Assembly: GCA_963666485.2 (NCBI GenBank)
Contig: CAXXUO010000001.1
Location: forward strand, 1,024,001-1,088,000
Direction of reading: 5' to 3'
Source of the DNA: Syntrophorhabdaceae bacterium
GTDB taxonomy: Bacteria; Desulfobacterota; Syntrophorhabdia; Syntrophorhabdales; Syntrophorhabdaceae
DNA: 64,000 bases
A model generated the notes under the pieces. The model was not told where the DNA came from and did no database searches. It was given only the letters and a program-made list of their open reading frames with translations. Shown in pieces: positions 47,695-58,440 of the stretch; the first letter of the stretch is position 1; every line of letters starts with the position of its first letter. The translations under genes and the position numbers were made by a program.

Positions 47695-47698
47695 CCCT

Positions 47699-50600
47699 TC
47701 ATCTGTCCAGTATATCCCGCACCTTCTGAAGAAGCGCATCGATGGTGAGGGGTTTCGGGAGAAAATCATATTCTTTGTCTTCTATGCCTTTGTCCAGGAT
47801 GATGTCTTTCGTATAACCGCTGATGAATAACGCCCTGATGCCCGGTTCTTCGTTCTTTATCTCGTTGAGGACCTCCCTGCCGTTCTTTCCCGGCATGACC
47901 GAGTCCAGGATGACGAGGTCGGGGTGCCGAAATTTTTTGAATTTATCGACCGCATCGTCCCCGTCCATTGCCTCGACGATAGTATATCCGTACTGCTCCA
48001 GCACCTCGCGAATAAAGCCCCTTACCCCGTCGTCATCCTCTGCAACGAGTATCGTCTCATTTCCCCGGCTGGCGGGGGCAGGCGAAGGGCCTTCCTTTCC
48101 GGCTGTTTTCCCCGCGACCGGGAGATAGAGGGAAAATACGGTGCCCTGCCCCGGCACGCTGTCCACCGTGATGTGCCCGTTATGCTGTTTCACGATCCCG
48201 TAGACGGTCGCAAGGCCGAGCCCGGTGCCCTTTCCGATCTCTTTGGTCGTGAAGAACGGATCGAATATTTTCTCCCGGGTTTCTTTATCCATCCCCTGCC
48301 CGGAATCACATACCCTGAGCAGCACGTAGGGCCCTGGTTTGCCGAAGCCGTAAGCCTTCGCGAACCCTTCGTCCAGCTCAACGGTATCCGTTTCTATCAC
48401 AAGTGTGCCGCCGCGGGGCATGGCATCGCGCGCGTTGGCTGCGAGGTTGAAAAGTATCTGGTCCATCTGCGTTCTGTCCGCCATGGCGACGCAACTATCC
48501 TGAGCAAATGACGTGCGCAACTCTATGTCCTCGGTGAGAAGCCTCTTGAGAAGCTTTTTTGAATCCTCGATCGTCTTGTTGATGTCGAGAGGAGCAAGGC
48601 TCACGGCCTGCTGACGACTAAAGGCAAGCAGGTTCTTTGTAAGGTCGGCCGCCTTGATTGACGCTAACATTATTTGCTCGATATAGGGCCGAAGAGGGTT
48701 CGAAGATTCAATTTTCATTTGCAGGAGGCCCGCATATCCCATGAGACTTGTGAGGATGTTGTTGAAATCGTGGGCTATTCCTCCTGCGAGAGTGCCGATC
48801 GCCTCCATTTTCTGGGCCTGCAGCAGCTGCGATTCAAGGCTCTTCAATTCGGTGATATCTTCACAGGTCATCAGGTAATCGCCCGAAGCAAGGAGCGAAG
48901 GTATGAAGCTGATTATCTTCCGCCGGTCGTCCTTGCACGACACCGTGAAAATCCGGGGCTTCCGTTCCCCGGGAAGAGCGTCCTTCATGTCTTCGACCCA
49001 CGTTGCTATAACTGAACGCCTGTATTCCGGATCGGGGTAGGCCAGGCGGAACCATGACCTGCCGTCACAGATCTCGGAAAGATCATATCCGAAAAGTTCC
49101 CCGAAACGGGTATTTATGTAGGTAAAGCGGCCTGCCCTGTCAATGAGCGCCATACCGAACGGTGCATTGTCCGAAAGCGTCTTGAGCTTTTCGCGTTCCC
49201 GCATTATCTCGTATTCGGCATTTTTACGCTCCGTAATGTTTTGAAATGTACCCATGACGTAGGAACGCGTGCCTTCTATGACGGGAGCAAGGCCCCGTAC
49301 TTCTGCCCATATTTTGCCGCCGCCCCAGGTCCTGGCCATGCATTCCACCTTGAAGGGCCTGCCTGTGCGGAGGCATTCTGCAACCTCTTTCTGTATGACA
49401 GGAATATACTCCGGATCGTAAAACTCGAGCCCTTCCCCAAGGCCCGGCGTGTAACCGGCGGGTATCTCGAGCGTCTCATAGACGCCGCTTGTCCATTCAA
49501 GGTAGTCGGTATGCGGATTCGCTTTCCAGCCCCCGAGCCGGGCTATTCTCTGTATCTCCTCGAGGAAGATGTCCTTTTCCCTGAGAACCTGCTCCGCCTT
49601 TTTCCGGTCGGTTATATCGTGAAAAATGACGATCCCTGCCCGGATGTTCCCGTCCAGGCCGCGCACGGGCGCGGCGTTCGCGAAGACCCAGCGCTGCTCC
49701 CCGTTCTCGTGGCGAATAATGAGCTCCTCGTTGCGCGATACTTCACCTTTCATTATCGCTCTCGACAGGGGCAGCTCCTCCGGCGGCATCGGCGTACCGT
49801 CACAGCGGTATGCGTTCCATTTCAGCGAATGCTCCTCCATGGCGATATCGGTCAGGCTCTGCGAATCTCCTCCGCGTATGGATAGTGCGGCGGTGTTGGC
49901 GATACGGATAGTTACGTCCGGTGCATCGGCGATCAGGATCCCCGAAGGAGATTGTTCAACCGCCACCTCGAGCAGGCCCCGCATTTCCCTGAGGGCATCT
50001 TCCGCGTTTTTCCTGTCCGTAATGTCGTTGACGGTGCCTTCATAATAGAGGACGCTGCCTTCCGAGTCCCGGACGGCCCGGGCATTTATCGACGCCCATA
50101 CGCGGCTGCCGTCCTTCTTCAACAACCCGGTCTCGAACCCGCTGATCACTCCCCGTTCATCGACCGCCTGCCTGAAAAAGTCACGGGCCCGGGGATCGGC
50201 GTAATGCTGGCTGCCGATATCCGTATAATATCCGATAAGATCGTCCGGGGCATCAAAACCACAGATCCTGGCGAGCGCCGGGTTAACGGAGATAAACCTG
50301 CCGCCGGGTGTCGTCTGAAAGATACCCTCCACGGCGTTTTCAAAAAGGGAGCGGTATTTGGCCTCGCTGATCCTGAGAGAATCCTCGGTTTTCTTCCGTT
50401 CGGTTATATCGTGGGCCACTGACAGGAACCAGGTCTGGCCGGCGATCTCGACAAGCCGTCCGGAAAAGATGATCCGTCTCGTCTCGCCGGACTTTATTTT
50501 GAAGGTCAGTTCCTCATCAGCGGCAAAACCTTTGTCCCGCAGCCGCTCGAGGATCTTTTTCCTCTCTGCGTCATCGGTCCAGAAACCCAGCTCTGTCGTC

Positions 50601-50845
50601 GTGTGCCCGAGAAGTTCGTCCCGGGAATAACCGGACCACGATGTAAATGCCTGATTTATATCGATAAGGCGGCCGTTCGCGAGGTCCGTTATGGCCATCG
50701 GGTCGGGGACGAGGTCGAAAATGACATGGTAGAGCTGATGGTTGTTCACGGGGGGCCTTGTTGCATCCCGGGATAACTCGACGGACGCGTCGCCGCGACG
50801 CCCTTCGGCGGCAGGTGTGTCTCGGGTGAAGGGTTCTTTTTCCAT
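47699..50845 (-). CDS. Cytoplasmic multi-PAS hybrid sensor histidine kinase
   Basis: About 5 PAS/PAC modules (DITERK-type ends), H-box AHDFNN, NARDAM, DSGQG, FFTTK..GTGLGL, C-terminal receiver; no TM segment. Confidence 0.92.
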   Translation of the reverse strand: MEKEPFTRDTPAAEGRRGDASVELSRDATRPPVNNHQLYHVIFDLVPDPMAITDLANGRLIDINQAFTSWSGYSRDELLGHTTTELGFWTDDAERKKILERLRDKGFAADEELTFKIKSGETRRIIFSGRLVEIAGQTWFLSVAHDITERKKTEDSLRISEAKYRSLFENAVEGIFQTTPGGRFISVNPALARICGFDAPDDLIGYYTDIGSQHYADPRARDFFRQAVDERGVISGFETGLLKKDGSRVWASINARAVRDSEGSVLYYEGTVNDITDRKNAEDALREMRGLLEVAVEQSPSGILIADAPDVTIRIANTAALSIRGGDSQSLTDIAMEEHSLKWNAYRCDGTPMPPEELPLSRAIMKGEVSRNEELIIRHENGEQRWVFANAAPVRGLDGNIRAGIVIFHDITDRKKAEQVLREKDIFLEEIQRIARLGGWKANPHTDYLEWTSGVYETLEIPAGYTPGLGEGLEFYDPEYIPVIQKEVAECLRTGRPFKVECMARTWGGGKIWAEVRGLAPVIEGTRSYVMGTFQNITERKNAEYEIMREREKLKTLSDNAPFGMALIDRAGRFTYINTRFGELFGYDLSEICDGRSWFRLAYPDPEYRRSVIATWVEDMKDALPGERKPRIFTVSCKDDRRKIISFIPSLLASGDYLMTCEDITELKSLESQLLQAQKMEAIGTLAGGIAHDFNNILTSLMGYAGLLQMKIESSNPLRPYIEQIMLASIKAADLTKNLLAFSRQQAVSLAPLDINKTIEDSKKLLKRLLTEDIELRTSFAQDSCVAMADRTQMDQILFNLAANARDAMPRGGTLVIETDTVELDEGFAKAYGFGKPGPYVLLRVCDSGQGMDKETREKIFDPFFTTKEIGKGTGLGLATVYGIVKQHNGHITVDSVPGQGTVFSLYLPVAGKTAGKEGPSPAPASRGNETILVAEDDDGVRGFIREVLEQYGYTIVEAMDGDDAVDKFKKFRHPDLVILDSVMPGKNGREVLNEIKNEEPGIRALFISGYTKDIILDKGIEDKEYDFLPKPLTIDALLQKVRDILDR

Positions 50846-50964
50846 TCGGTCCCTCCCGGAAAACTGTTAGAACACCGGATACGATGTTCGACAATAGTAT
50901 ATCAGCATATACATGCTGTCAAATGCATTTCTTCTTTCGCGCGGGAAACTTTTCCGATACAATA

Positions 50965-51993
50965 ATGGCTGTGAAGAACCTGGAACCTCTGCTCAAGAGC
51001 CTTTTTGTGCCATCCATTGTGGCCGCATCCGTCATCGTAACACTTTTGATCGTTCGGGGCGTCATCGTGCATTTCCTGAAAAAGTGGACGGCCCGCTCCG
51101 GATCATCGGCGCAGGCTGGCATCCTCGGATCGTTCAAGGTCCCCTCGATCTTCTGGTGCGTTGCTATCGGGCTTTATTTTGCTGTCGAATTCTCCGACCT
51201 GCCGCGACGATATGTCGTCATCACCGACCGTACGATCTCCATATTGCTCATTTTTTCCGTGACGGTGGCTATCGCCAACCTTGCTGTCAGGGCATTCGAG
51301 AGTTATGCCCAGCGTTCCGACATCAACGTGCCGGCAACGGGCATCATTCTCGGGGTTTTCAAAGCGACGATCATTATTGCCGGCATCCTTGTCATACTCA
51401 ATTATCTCGGGATATCCATCGCTCCTTTGCTCACGGCCCTCGGCGTGGGGGGACTTGCGGTCGCGCTTGCCCTCAAAGACACGCTCTCGAACCTCTTTGC
51501 CGGTCTCCATATCATCGCATCGAAACAGCTGCGCCCGGGCGATTACATCAGGCTCAATTCCGGAGAAGAAGGCACCGTGACCGATATAACATGGCGGTCG
51601 ACCACGATCACCTCCCCCGCCCATAACATTATTATCGTGCCGAATGCCCATATCGCATCGGTGATCATCACGAACTATGATTTTCCGGGCCGGCAGATGG
51701 CCTTAAGCGTGCAGTTGTCGGTCCACCCTTCAGCCGACCTCGACCGGGTCGAGGCAGTAACCCGGGACGCTACCAAGGCCGTTATAAATGAAATGCCCGG
51801 GGTCATCGCCGATGAAGAGCCCTCGGTACGGTTCAACGCATACAATGAGACAGGCATCGGCTTTTCGGTCACGGTCACGGTCAGCGATTCCCGTTCCCTT
51901 TATATCGTGCGCCACAACCTGATAAAAACCCTTCAAAAAAGGTATGTTGCAGAAGGGTTGCCCGTTGCGCAGCCGGCCCTCCAGAATGCGTGA
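50965..51993 (+). CDS. Small-conductance mechanosensitive channel (MscS family)
   Basis: LGVGGLAVALALKDTLSN, GDYI, IVPN; start is ATG 50965 or GTG 50971. Confidence 0.9.
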   Translation: MAVKNLEPLLKSLFVPSIVAASVIVTLLIVRGVIVHFLKKWTARSGSSAQAGILGSFKVPSIFWCVAIGLYFAVEFSDLPRRYVVITDRTISILLIFSVTVAIANLAVRAFESYAQRSDINVPATGIILGVFKATIIIAGILVILNYLGISIAPLLTALGVGGLAVALALKDTLSNLFAGLHIIASKQLRPGDYIRLNSGEEGTVTDITWRSTTITSPAHNIIIVPNAHIASVIITNYDFPGRQMALSVQLSVHPSADLDRVEAVTRDATKAVINEMPGVIADEEPSVRFNAYNETGIGFSVTVTVSDSRSLYIVRHNLIKTLQKRYVAEGLPVAQPALQNA

Positions 51994-52867
51994 TAGCCGT
52001 GATGAGGTCCTCGTTGTCCATCTCGGGGGCCTCGGCGATATATGTCTCGCCGAATCAGCGTTTTTGTCCTTGCGAAGGCATTTCGGCACATGCCTCGCCG
52101 GACTCGGCAACCGCCGCTTTTTCGACCTGTTCAGCACGTATTTCACAAAGATCCACGGGGTAGAGTCGCGACACTGGCTTTATCTCTTTTCGGAACGGTT
52201 GACCGGCCCCGATTTCAGGCGGATCGTCTTCATTGGCAAGGACAGGCAGGGAAGTATCAGGGGGCGCTGGGCATCGTATTCCCGGGAAGAATTGGTATTC
52301 ATCGACATGTACCCCGAAGGTGCGTTCCCGGACCCCGGGGTGGATGCGGCACCGCCGCACGAGCCGGTGCATATCGAGGATTACCAGCTGCGGCAGCTTG
52401 AGGCGTTCGGGATCGGACCGCAGGCGGCCTGGCTTGGGGAGCCTCGTCCGGGTCCCGTGATCCTGTACCCGGAAAAGGGGTTCACGAAGGGAAAATGGCC
52501 GCGGGAAAATTTTCTTGCCGTGCGCGAGCGCCTGGAACGGGACGGGATTGACACGGTGGTCTTGAGGCCCGCCGATGTCGACTTCCCCGGGGAAACTGTT
52601 GTGATTGAGGAACTGGGCAAGGTTAAGGAGTTCTTTTCCTCGGGCGGCACCTTTGTGTCGAATGACTCCGGAATGGCCCACCTTGCGGGCGCGTGCGGGC
52701 TTATGACAATTACGGTCTTTACCGATTTCGATCCCGCGGTATGGCACCCGCGCGGACGGAACATTTCCCTCAAGACGGGTAGCGATGACGTAAGCCCCGA
52801 GGCGATAACCCGGGTGATCAAGGCCCTTACTTCTTCTTCGGCTCCATGCTGGCAAGAAGGCGCATGA
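51986..52867 (+). CDS. Glycosyltransferase family 9 (heptosyltransferase-like)
   Basis: GGLGD, KWP, VSNDSGMAHLA, WHP. Confidence 0.78.
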   Translation: MRDSRDEVLVVHLGGLGDICLAESAFLSLRRHFGTCLAGLGNRRFFDLFSTYFTKIHGVESRHWLYLFSERLTGPDFRRIVFIGKDRQGSIRGRWASYSREELVFIDMYPEGAFPDPGVDAAPPHEPVHIEDYQLRQLEAFGIGPQAAWLGEPRPGPVILYPEKGFTKGKWPRENFLAVRERLERDGIDTVVLRPADVDFPGETVVIEELGKVKEFFSSGGTFVSNDSGMAHLAGACGLMTITVFTDFDPAVWHPRGRNISLKTGSDDVSPEAITRVIKALTSSSAPCWQEGA

Positions 52868-54152
52868 TCTCCACACCCTGCCGGGAATTGATGCCGTAAC
52901 GGGAAACGGCCTTTTCAAAATTGGTTTTAGCAAGCATATAGTTGCCTTTGCTCATATAATAAAATCCAAGGTACATATGGCCTGCCCCTTCGTCCCCTGT
53001 TCGTCCCTGGACCATTCCCAGGCGGTAATATATATCGGGATAGACCGGCGCGTACGGGAGCAGGGAGGTATACGTGGCGACCGCCAGGTCGTTACGGCCC
53101 ATTCCTTCATAGGCCCGTGCGAGATAATACTTTCCCACCTTCTCATGAACATCCTTGAGGACCTCGACTGCCTCGGGGAAGCGGTTGGCAGAGATCAATA
53201 TCTCGCCAAGGAAAAGGTCCCTGTACGGGGAAGGGTTTGACCGTGCTATCTGAAGTGCTTTCTCGAAATCCCCTTTAAATGAGTAGTAAAGCGACGCCCC
53301 GTATGCCGCTACGGGGTCATTGCCATTCTGGGCATAGCGTTTTACCCATATATCGTCAACGAGGCCGGAGACCTTGTAATTCTGAAGCGCCCGTGCCCGC
53401 GCGATCACGTAAGGGAAAAGGGTCGTTTCTTTCGATGGCGGCTGCCTCTTCCACGTGGATTCGAGCGCTATGATACGGCTTTCATGGTACGGGTGCGTGA
53501 GCAGGTACTGGGGATAAAGCTTGTCGCCCCCGCCGGACCGAAGCTTCCTGAGAAAGTCCGCGGTCCCGAGCGCCCCGTACCCTGCGTCGTTTGCAAGGAT
53601 AGCACCTTCCCTGTCCGCGTCCTCCTCGTCTTCGCGCGAATATTTCAATGCGGCTGCCTGTGCCCCGCCCATCCCCAATGCGAGGATAGCGCCCCGTGCC
53701 GCATCGCCGGCAAGGAGGGCCGCCAGCAGGGTGGCCACCATGGTTGCAGTGAAGTATTTCTCCTTTTCGGCACGCCTGGCAATATGTCTTCTCTTGATAT
53801 GAGAGAACTCGTGGGCCATGACGCCCGCAACTTCTTCTTCATTGTCACTGTTTGCAATAAGCCCTGATGCGATATAGACGTAGCCCCCTGGGGTCGCAAA
53901 AGCGTTGATCTCGGGGGAATCAATAACAGTAACAACCATCGGGAACGGCATTATCGTTTTGCTCTCGAGCCGTAACCGCATATCGTTAATGGCGAATGTT
54001 ATGTAGGGATCGGTATTTACCGGGACAGCCTGTGAGATCTGGGCGTATATCTCTTTGCCGTACTTGATTTCTTCCTCATTGGTAAGCGCCTGTACAGGTA
54101 CGGATGTGGCGATAAAGGCAAGTATCACGATAATGGTGAAGCACTTTTTCAT
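52827..54152 (-). CDS. M48 metallopeptidase with TPR domain (BepA-like)
   Basis: Signal peptide, NAFATPGG, HEFSH, YSREDEEDAD, LLTHP, C-terminal TPR-like helices. Confidence 0.88.
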   Translation of the reverse strand: MKKCFTIIVILAFIATSVPVQALTNEEEIKYGKEIYAQISQAVPVNTDPYITFAINDMRLRLESKTIMPFPMVVTVIDSPEINAFATPGGYVYIASGLIANSDNEEEVAGVMAHEFSHIKRRHIARRAEKEKYFTATMVATLLAALLAGDAARGAILALGMGGAQAAALKYSREDEEDADREGAILANDAGYGALGTADFLRKLRSGGGDKLYPQYLLTHPYHESRIIALESTWKRQPPSKETTLFPYVIARARALQNYKVSGLVDDIWVKRYAQNGNDPVAAYGASLYYSFKGDFEKALQIARSNPSPYRDLFLGEILISANRFPEAVEVLKDVHEKVGKYYLARAYEGMGRNDLAVATYTSLLPYAPVYPDIYYRLGMVQGRTGDEGAGHMYLGFYYMSKGNYMLAKTNFEKAVSRYGINSRQGVEIMRLLASMEPKKK

Positions 54153-55097
54153 TTATTTTTTTGCGTATTTTTTATTGGTTTTGCCCGTGCGGCGCTTTGT
54201 GACCTTCTTGGAAGAGGATGATTTTTTCTTCTGTGCAACGGTAGAGGAGTATGATACCCGTGAAGCCTTTGCGAGGCGGAGCTGTTCCTCCGTCGGCACG
54301 TCGTCGTAAATCGTTTTCAATATCTCGACGCTGTCTTTCCAGAGGCTGCGGCTTCCGAGCATTGCAAGGATGTACACCTTGCCGTTCTTTTCGAAAGCGC
54401 CCACGTACGTATGGCGTGCTGCGCGGGTGTATCCCGTTTTCCCGCCGATAGCGGGCTCGAAACAAAAGAGCAGCCTGTTATGGTTCTTGTACCGGATCTT
54501 GCGTGTGCTGTCCTCGAACGTGAAATACCGGGTTTGGACGAGGTCGATGAACCGCTCGTTCGTAAGCGCCTGACGGAAGATGAGGGCGAGATCATACGAG
54601 CTTGAGAATTGATTGTCGGAAGGAAGGCCTGACGCGTTGACAAAATTGGTATCGAGCGCCCCGAGGTCCCGCGCCCTTTCCGTCATGATGCGGGCGAAGG
54701 CGCTCTCCGACCCCGCGATAAACGTGGCGATCGTATACGCTGCATCGTTTGCCGATTCCACCATTGTACCCGTCATGAGATCATAGGACCGGTATTTTTT
54801 GCCGGGGACGAGATTCATCTTGGAGCGGGGTATGGCCGTTACGTTCTTGTCGGCAACGATCGCCTCCTCTCCGCTTAAGCGCTCGAGCGCGATCATTGTT
54901 GTCATGACCTTGGTCGTGCTCGCCGGGGGAAGCCGTCGGTGATAGTCTTTTCCCGTGATGACGCGGAAGGTGTCCTTCTCGACGAGGATATAGGACGCTG
55001 CCGTGATGCCCCCGTTGGAGCCATTTTCAACTGCCGGAAGGACATGGGGGGTGAAGATCAACGCAAGGAAAAATACAAGGAGTGAGCCCAGGCGCAT
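54153..55097 (-). CDS. D-alanyl-D-alanine carboxypeptidase (S11)
   Basis: PASTTK (SxxK), SAND (SxN), KTG; basic C-terminal tail. Confidence 0.9.
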   Translation of the reverse strand: MRLGSLLVFFLALIFTPHVLPAVENGSNGGITAASYILVEKDTFRVITGKDYHRRLPPASTTKVMTTMIALERLSGEEAIVADKNVTAIPRSKMNLVPGKKYRSYDLMTGTMVESANDAAYTIATFIAGSESAFARIMTERARDLGALDTNFVNASGLPSDNQFSSSYDLALIFRQALTNERFIDLVQTRYFTFEDSTRKIRYKNHNRLLFCFEPAIGGKTGYTRAARHTYVGAFEKNGKVYILAMLGSRSLWKDSVEILKTIYDDVPTEEQLRLAKASRVSYSSTVAQKKKSSSSKKVTKRRTGKTNKKYAKK

Positions 55098-55180
55098 CGT
55101 GGCTTATTTATACACTATTTGAAGCCCCGATACAAGAAATACGGCAGATAAGCCGCACATCTTTTTTCATACAGGACGCA

Positions 55181-56392
55181 TCAGCCGATCATCTGGATGG
55201 TGCCGTCAAACATGACTGCGGCCCGGGCGCGGCCCCCGTACTCTTCGTCGAGGTCCCCGACGAGCTTCTCAAGGTCGCCGGCCCACACAATATCTTCCTT
55301 TTTCCCGAACCAGTACGAGCCTGCGTGGTCCTTGCGGCGTGAATGGATGACCAGCTTTTTCACCCTTTCGTGGAGGGTGCGTTCCTTTCGCGACAGCCTT
55401 CCCCACAGGTCTTTTCCAAAGCGCCCGAGAAGATAGTGGATGACCTGCCCTTCTTCAATATCGCACAAAAGTACGATGTAGCCCCCTTTGCTCGAAAGGA
55501 GAGGCTCCCCTATGGCGGCCGCGATGATAGCCTCATTCCCCTTGCCGAAGGTGTTCACGAAAACGATATCGTATTCCCCTTCCGCCGGGGTGAAATAATG
55601 TGATATGGCCCGCCTGATCATATCCGGGTAAAGCTCTTCAGGGTCCCCGGCGAAAATATCCGTAGCACGGGCCGAAGTGTTTACGAACACGTCGATCTTG
55701 TAGTCGATCGCCGCCATCTTCCCCGCTTCACGTATATCGGCCAGCATCACATTGCCGTCGTGCCTGCCGAGCCCCCAGCAGGTCTCCATGTTCTTCGCAA
55801 GCAGCTCGCCATGGTGGTATGTTATCGAATCGATGTGGGCGAGCCCCGGGAACACGATCTTGTATCCCCCCCCGAAACCGCAGAACTGGTGCGGGAGGAA
55901 GGCACCGATACCGATCCTGAGATCACAACTCATATATTCACGGTTAATGGCGACCGGGGTGCCGAATGAGGTCTTCCCGAGGAAATCGCAATTTTCATAG
56001 CAATTGTGATTGAAAACCGGGAACCTCTCGAGGACCTCCTCGCCGAGTTTTTTGCGGAAATCGGAATTATTGTGCGGGGAGTGCGTTCCCAGCGAACACA
56101 GGAAGCGCACCTGTTCATCGCGTATGCCCGAGGCATCGAAGGCCTCAAGGAGATAGGGGACTATCTCGTATGCCCGTGTCGGGCGCGAGAGATCATCGAA
56201 CAGCACACAGATCTCCCGGGCGCCTTTAAGGAGCGGGGGGAGGCCTGAAAGAGCCGCGCGGTATTCGGCGGGGCCTGCCACGGGACTTCCATCGCCCGCC
56301 ATCCTGAGCAGATTGACATCCCATCCTTCGGGAAGATCGAGGGAAATGGCCCGTTCCGTGCTCCAGAGATTATGGGGGAGAGATACTCTCAT
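55181..56392 (-). CDS. LarA family (nickel-pincer) racemase/epimerase
   Basis: DDLSRP, LGTH, PHQFCGFGGGYK, YHH match LarA cofactor/catalytic motifs; start set at MRVSLP. Confidence 0.8.
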   Translation of the reverse strand: MRVSLPHNLWSTERAISLDLPEGWDVNLLRMAGDGSPVAGPAEYRAALSGLPPLLKGAREICVLFDDLSRPTRAYEIVPYLLEAFDASGIRDEQVRFLCSLGTHSPHNNSDFRKKLGEEVLERFPVFNHNCYENCDFLGKTSFGTPVAINREYMSCDLRIGIGAFLPHQFCGFGGGYKIVFPGLAHIDSITYHHGELLAKNMETCWGLGRHDGNVMLADIREAGKMAAIDYKIDVFVNTSARATDIFAGDPEELYPDMIRRAISHYFTPAEGEYDIVFVNTFGKGNEAIIAAAIGEPLLSSKGGYIVLLCDIEEGQVIHYLLGRFGKDLWGRLSRKERTLHERVKKLVIHSRRKDHAGSYWFGKKEDIVWAGDLEKLVGDLDEEYGGRARAAVMFDGTIQMIG

Positions 56393-56433
56393 AAAAAACT
56401 TGACCGGTATGGTCAGCTGGGGTACAGTATACA

Positions 56434-57123
56434 ATGTCAATGAAAAAGTTGACAATAAAAAAAGATAAAACGATCCGCCAAAAAGTCTACCACCATATAC
56501 GCGAAGAGATCCTGAAGGGTGCCATAGCCCCCAGGGAAAGGCTCATCGAGGCGAAGATCGCGGAAGAGATAGGTACGTCGCGCACGCCTGTGCGAGAAGC
56601 GCTCCACAATCTTGAGCTCGAAAAACTGGTCGTTTCCATCCCCCGTGTCGGTTATGTTGTCACGGAAATGAACATGGAAGAAGTCGAGCAGATATGCGAG
56701 ATACGCACCGCCATTGAGAGCCTCGCCATAGAATGGGCGCTCAGGAAACAGCCCGATAAACTCATAAAGGCATTACGAAGGAGCCTTGCCAGTCAAAAGA
56801 AGTACATAGAGAACGGCAACCTGACCGGTTACGCCGAGCTTGACGCCCAGTTCCACGACATCATTGCCCGGTTTGCCGGAAGCGAGCGGCTCCTCGAGTT
56901 GACCCAGACAATGCGGCGTCATATGCTGCGGTACAGGGTCCAGTGCATCTACCTGGCTGAAACTGCCGAAAGATCGATGCAGGGCCATGAAAAGCTGGTC
57001 GACATGATCGAAAAAGGGGACGCGGCAGAGATAGGCGCGGCCTTGAAAAAACATCTCGTCGAGGCGCGGGATGACATTCTCTATTATGTTTTTCATGAAG
57101 ACACGGATGGCGGTCCGGCGTAA
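56434..57123 (+). CDS. GntR/FCD family transcriptional regulator
   Basis: SRTPVREAL HTH; FCD with FH and H..H. Confidence 0.92.
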   Translation: MSMKKLTIKKDKTIRQKVYHHIREEILKGAIAPRERLIEAKIAEEIGTSRTPVREALHNLELEKLVVSIPRVGYVVTEMNMEEVEQICEIRTAIESLAIEWALRKQPDKLIKALRRSLASQKKYIENGNLTGYAELDAQFHDIIARFAGSERLLELTQTMRRHMLRYRVQCIYLAETAERSMQGHEKLVDMIEKGDAAEIGAALKKHLVEARDDILYYVFHEDTDGGPA

Positions 57124-57206
57124 GACAAGCGGGACATGATTCGTTGACAAATAAAGATTTGTATGTAATTGTCAATTAATGCTTTAATGAACCCGGGGGT
57201 GCTGGT

Positions 57207-58424
57207 ATGAAAAGATGTCGCAATCTGCTGTTAGCATCAATGATCATTTTATCCATGCTTTTCGTTTTCTCCTCTTCACACGCTGCCGACACAATAAAGG
57301 TGGGGATCGTAGACACCTATACGGGGCCTGCCACGACCTTTACCAATGACGTCCTCGACGGTTTCAAGCTGGCCGTCGCAAAAATAAACGCGCAGGGCGG
57401 GGTCCTGGGCAAAAAGATCGAGTTCACCACGCGTGACGAGAAATTCAAGCCGGATATCGGTCTTGCAATGGCAAAAGAGCTTGTCCTGAAGGAAAAGGTC
57501 GATATCCTGATGGGAACGATAAACAGCGCCACAGCACTCGCGATCTCGGACTTCGTGAAGAAGGAAAAGGTACCCTTTTTCGTTACCTTCGCGAAAAGTG
57601 AAAAGATCATCGGCGAGAAGGGCCACCGCTACATTTTCAACATGAATGAAAATACGGAAATGGCGGGCCGGGCTGCCGCTATCGCGCTTGCGAAAAAACC
57701 GTACGTGAAATACTGGATCGCGGGCGACGATTACGAATACGGCCACGCGATCGCGGATGCCGTCTGGAACAACCTCAAGAAATTGAAACCGTCGGTGCAG
57801 AAGGTCGGAGAGACCTGGTGGAAGGTCGGCGAGGCCGATTTCACACCGTACATAACGCAGATACTGGCCGCGAAGCCCGATTTTATCATCGTCGCAACGG
57901 GCGGGTCGGGCATGGTCAACTTTCAGAAGGCTGCAAAAGCGACGGGCTTGAGCCAGAAGATCCCGTTCTATCAACATACGGCGACCGAGCTTTCGGTCCT
58001 TGCACCTCAAGGCCCGAACGCCCCCGAGGGTGTCTTCGGGACGGCGAACTACTTCTTCTATTATCCTGATACCCCGGAGAACCGGGCCTTTGTCGCGGAT
58101 TTCAAGAAGGCCTATAACCGCAATCCCAGGATCGGGGCCCTTTCGGGTTATATGACAGCCCAGTTTATAGCTGAGGGCTATAAGAAGGCCGGAAAGATCG
58201 ACAGGGAAAAAATGGTGAATGCGCTTGGCGGCATGACGCTGCCGAGCCCGGTCGGCCCGCTCGAAATCCGCAGCTGCGACCACCAGCTCCTGCTCCCGAT
58301 GTATTTCGGCGTCACGAAAAAGGACCCCAAGTTTGATTTCCTCGTTGCGGGGAACATCGAGACCATCCAGGGCAAGGATTATGTCCCGTCATGCCAGGAG
58401 GTCCTGAAGCTGCGCAAGAAATAA
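57207..58424 (+). CDS. ABC (HAAT/Liv family) substrate-binding protein
   Basis: Signal peptide, INAQGGVLGKKIE, DYEYG, DFTPYI. Confidence 0.9.
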   Translation: MKRCRNLLLASMIILSMLFVFSSSHAADTIKVGIVDTYTGPATTFTNDVLDGFKLAVAKINAQGGVLGKKIEFTTRDEKFKPDIGLAMAKELVLKEKVDILMGTINSATALAISDFVKKEKVPFFVTFAKSEKIIGEKGHRYIFNMNENTEMAGRAAAIALAKKPYVKYWIAGDDYEYGHAIADAVWNNLKKLKPSVQKVGETWWKVGEADFTPYITQILAAKPDFIIVATGGSGMVNFQKAAKATGLSQKIPFYQHTATELSVLAPQGPNAPEGVFGTANYFFYYPDTPENRAFVADFKKAYNRNPRIGALSGYMTAQFIAEGYKKAGKIDREKMVNALGGMTLPSPVGPLEIRSCDHQLLLPMYFGVTKKDPKFDFLVAGNIETIQGKDYVPSCQEVLKLRKK

Positions 58425-58440
58425 GGGCTGCAACGGATCA

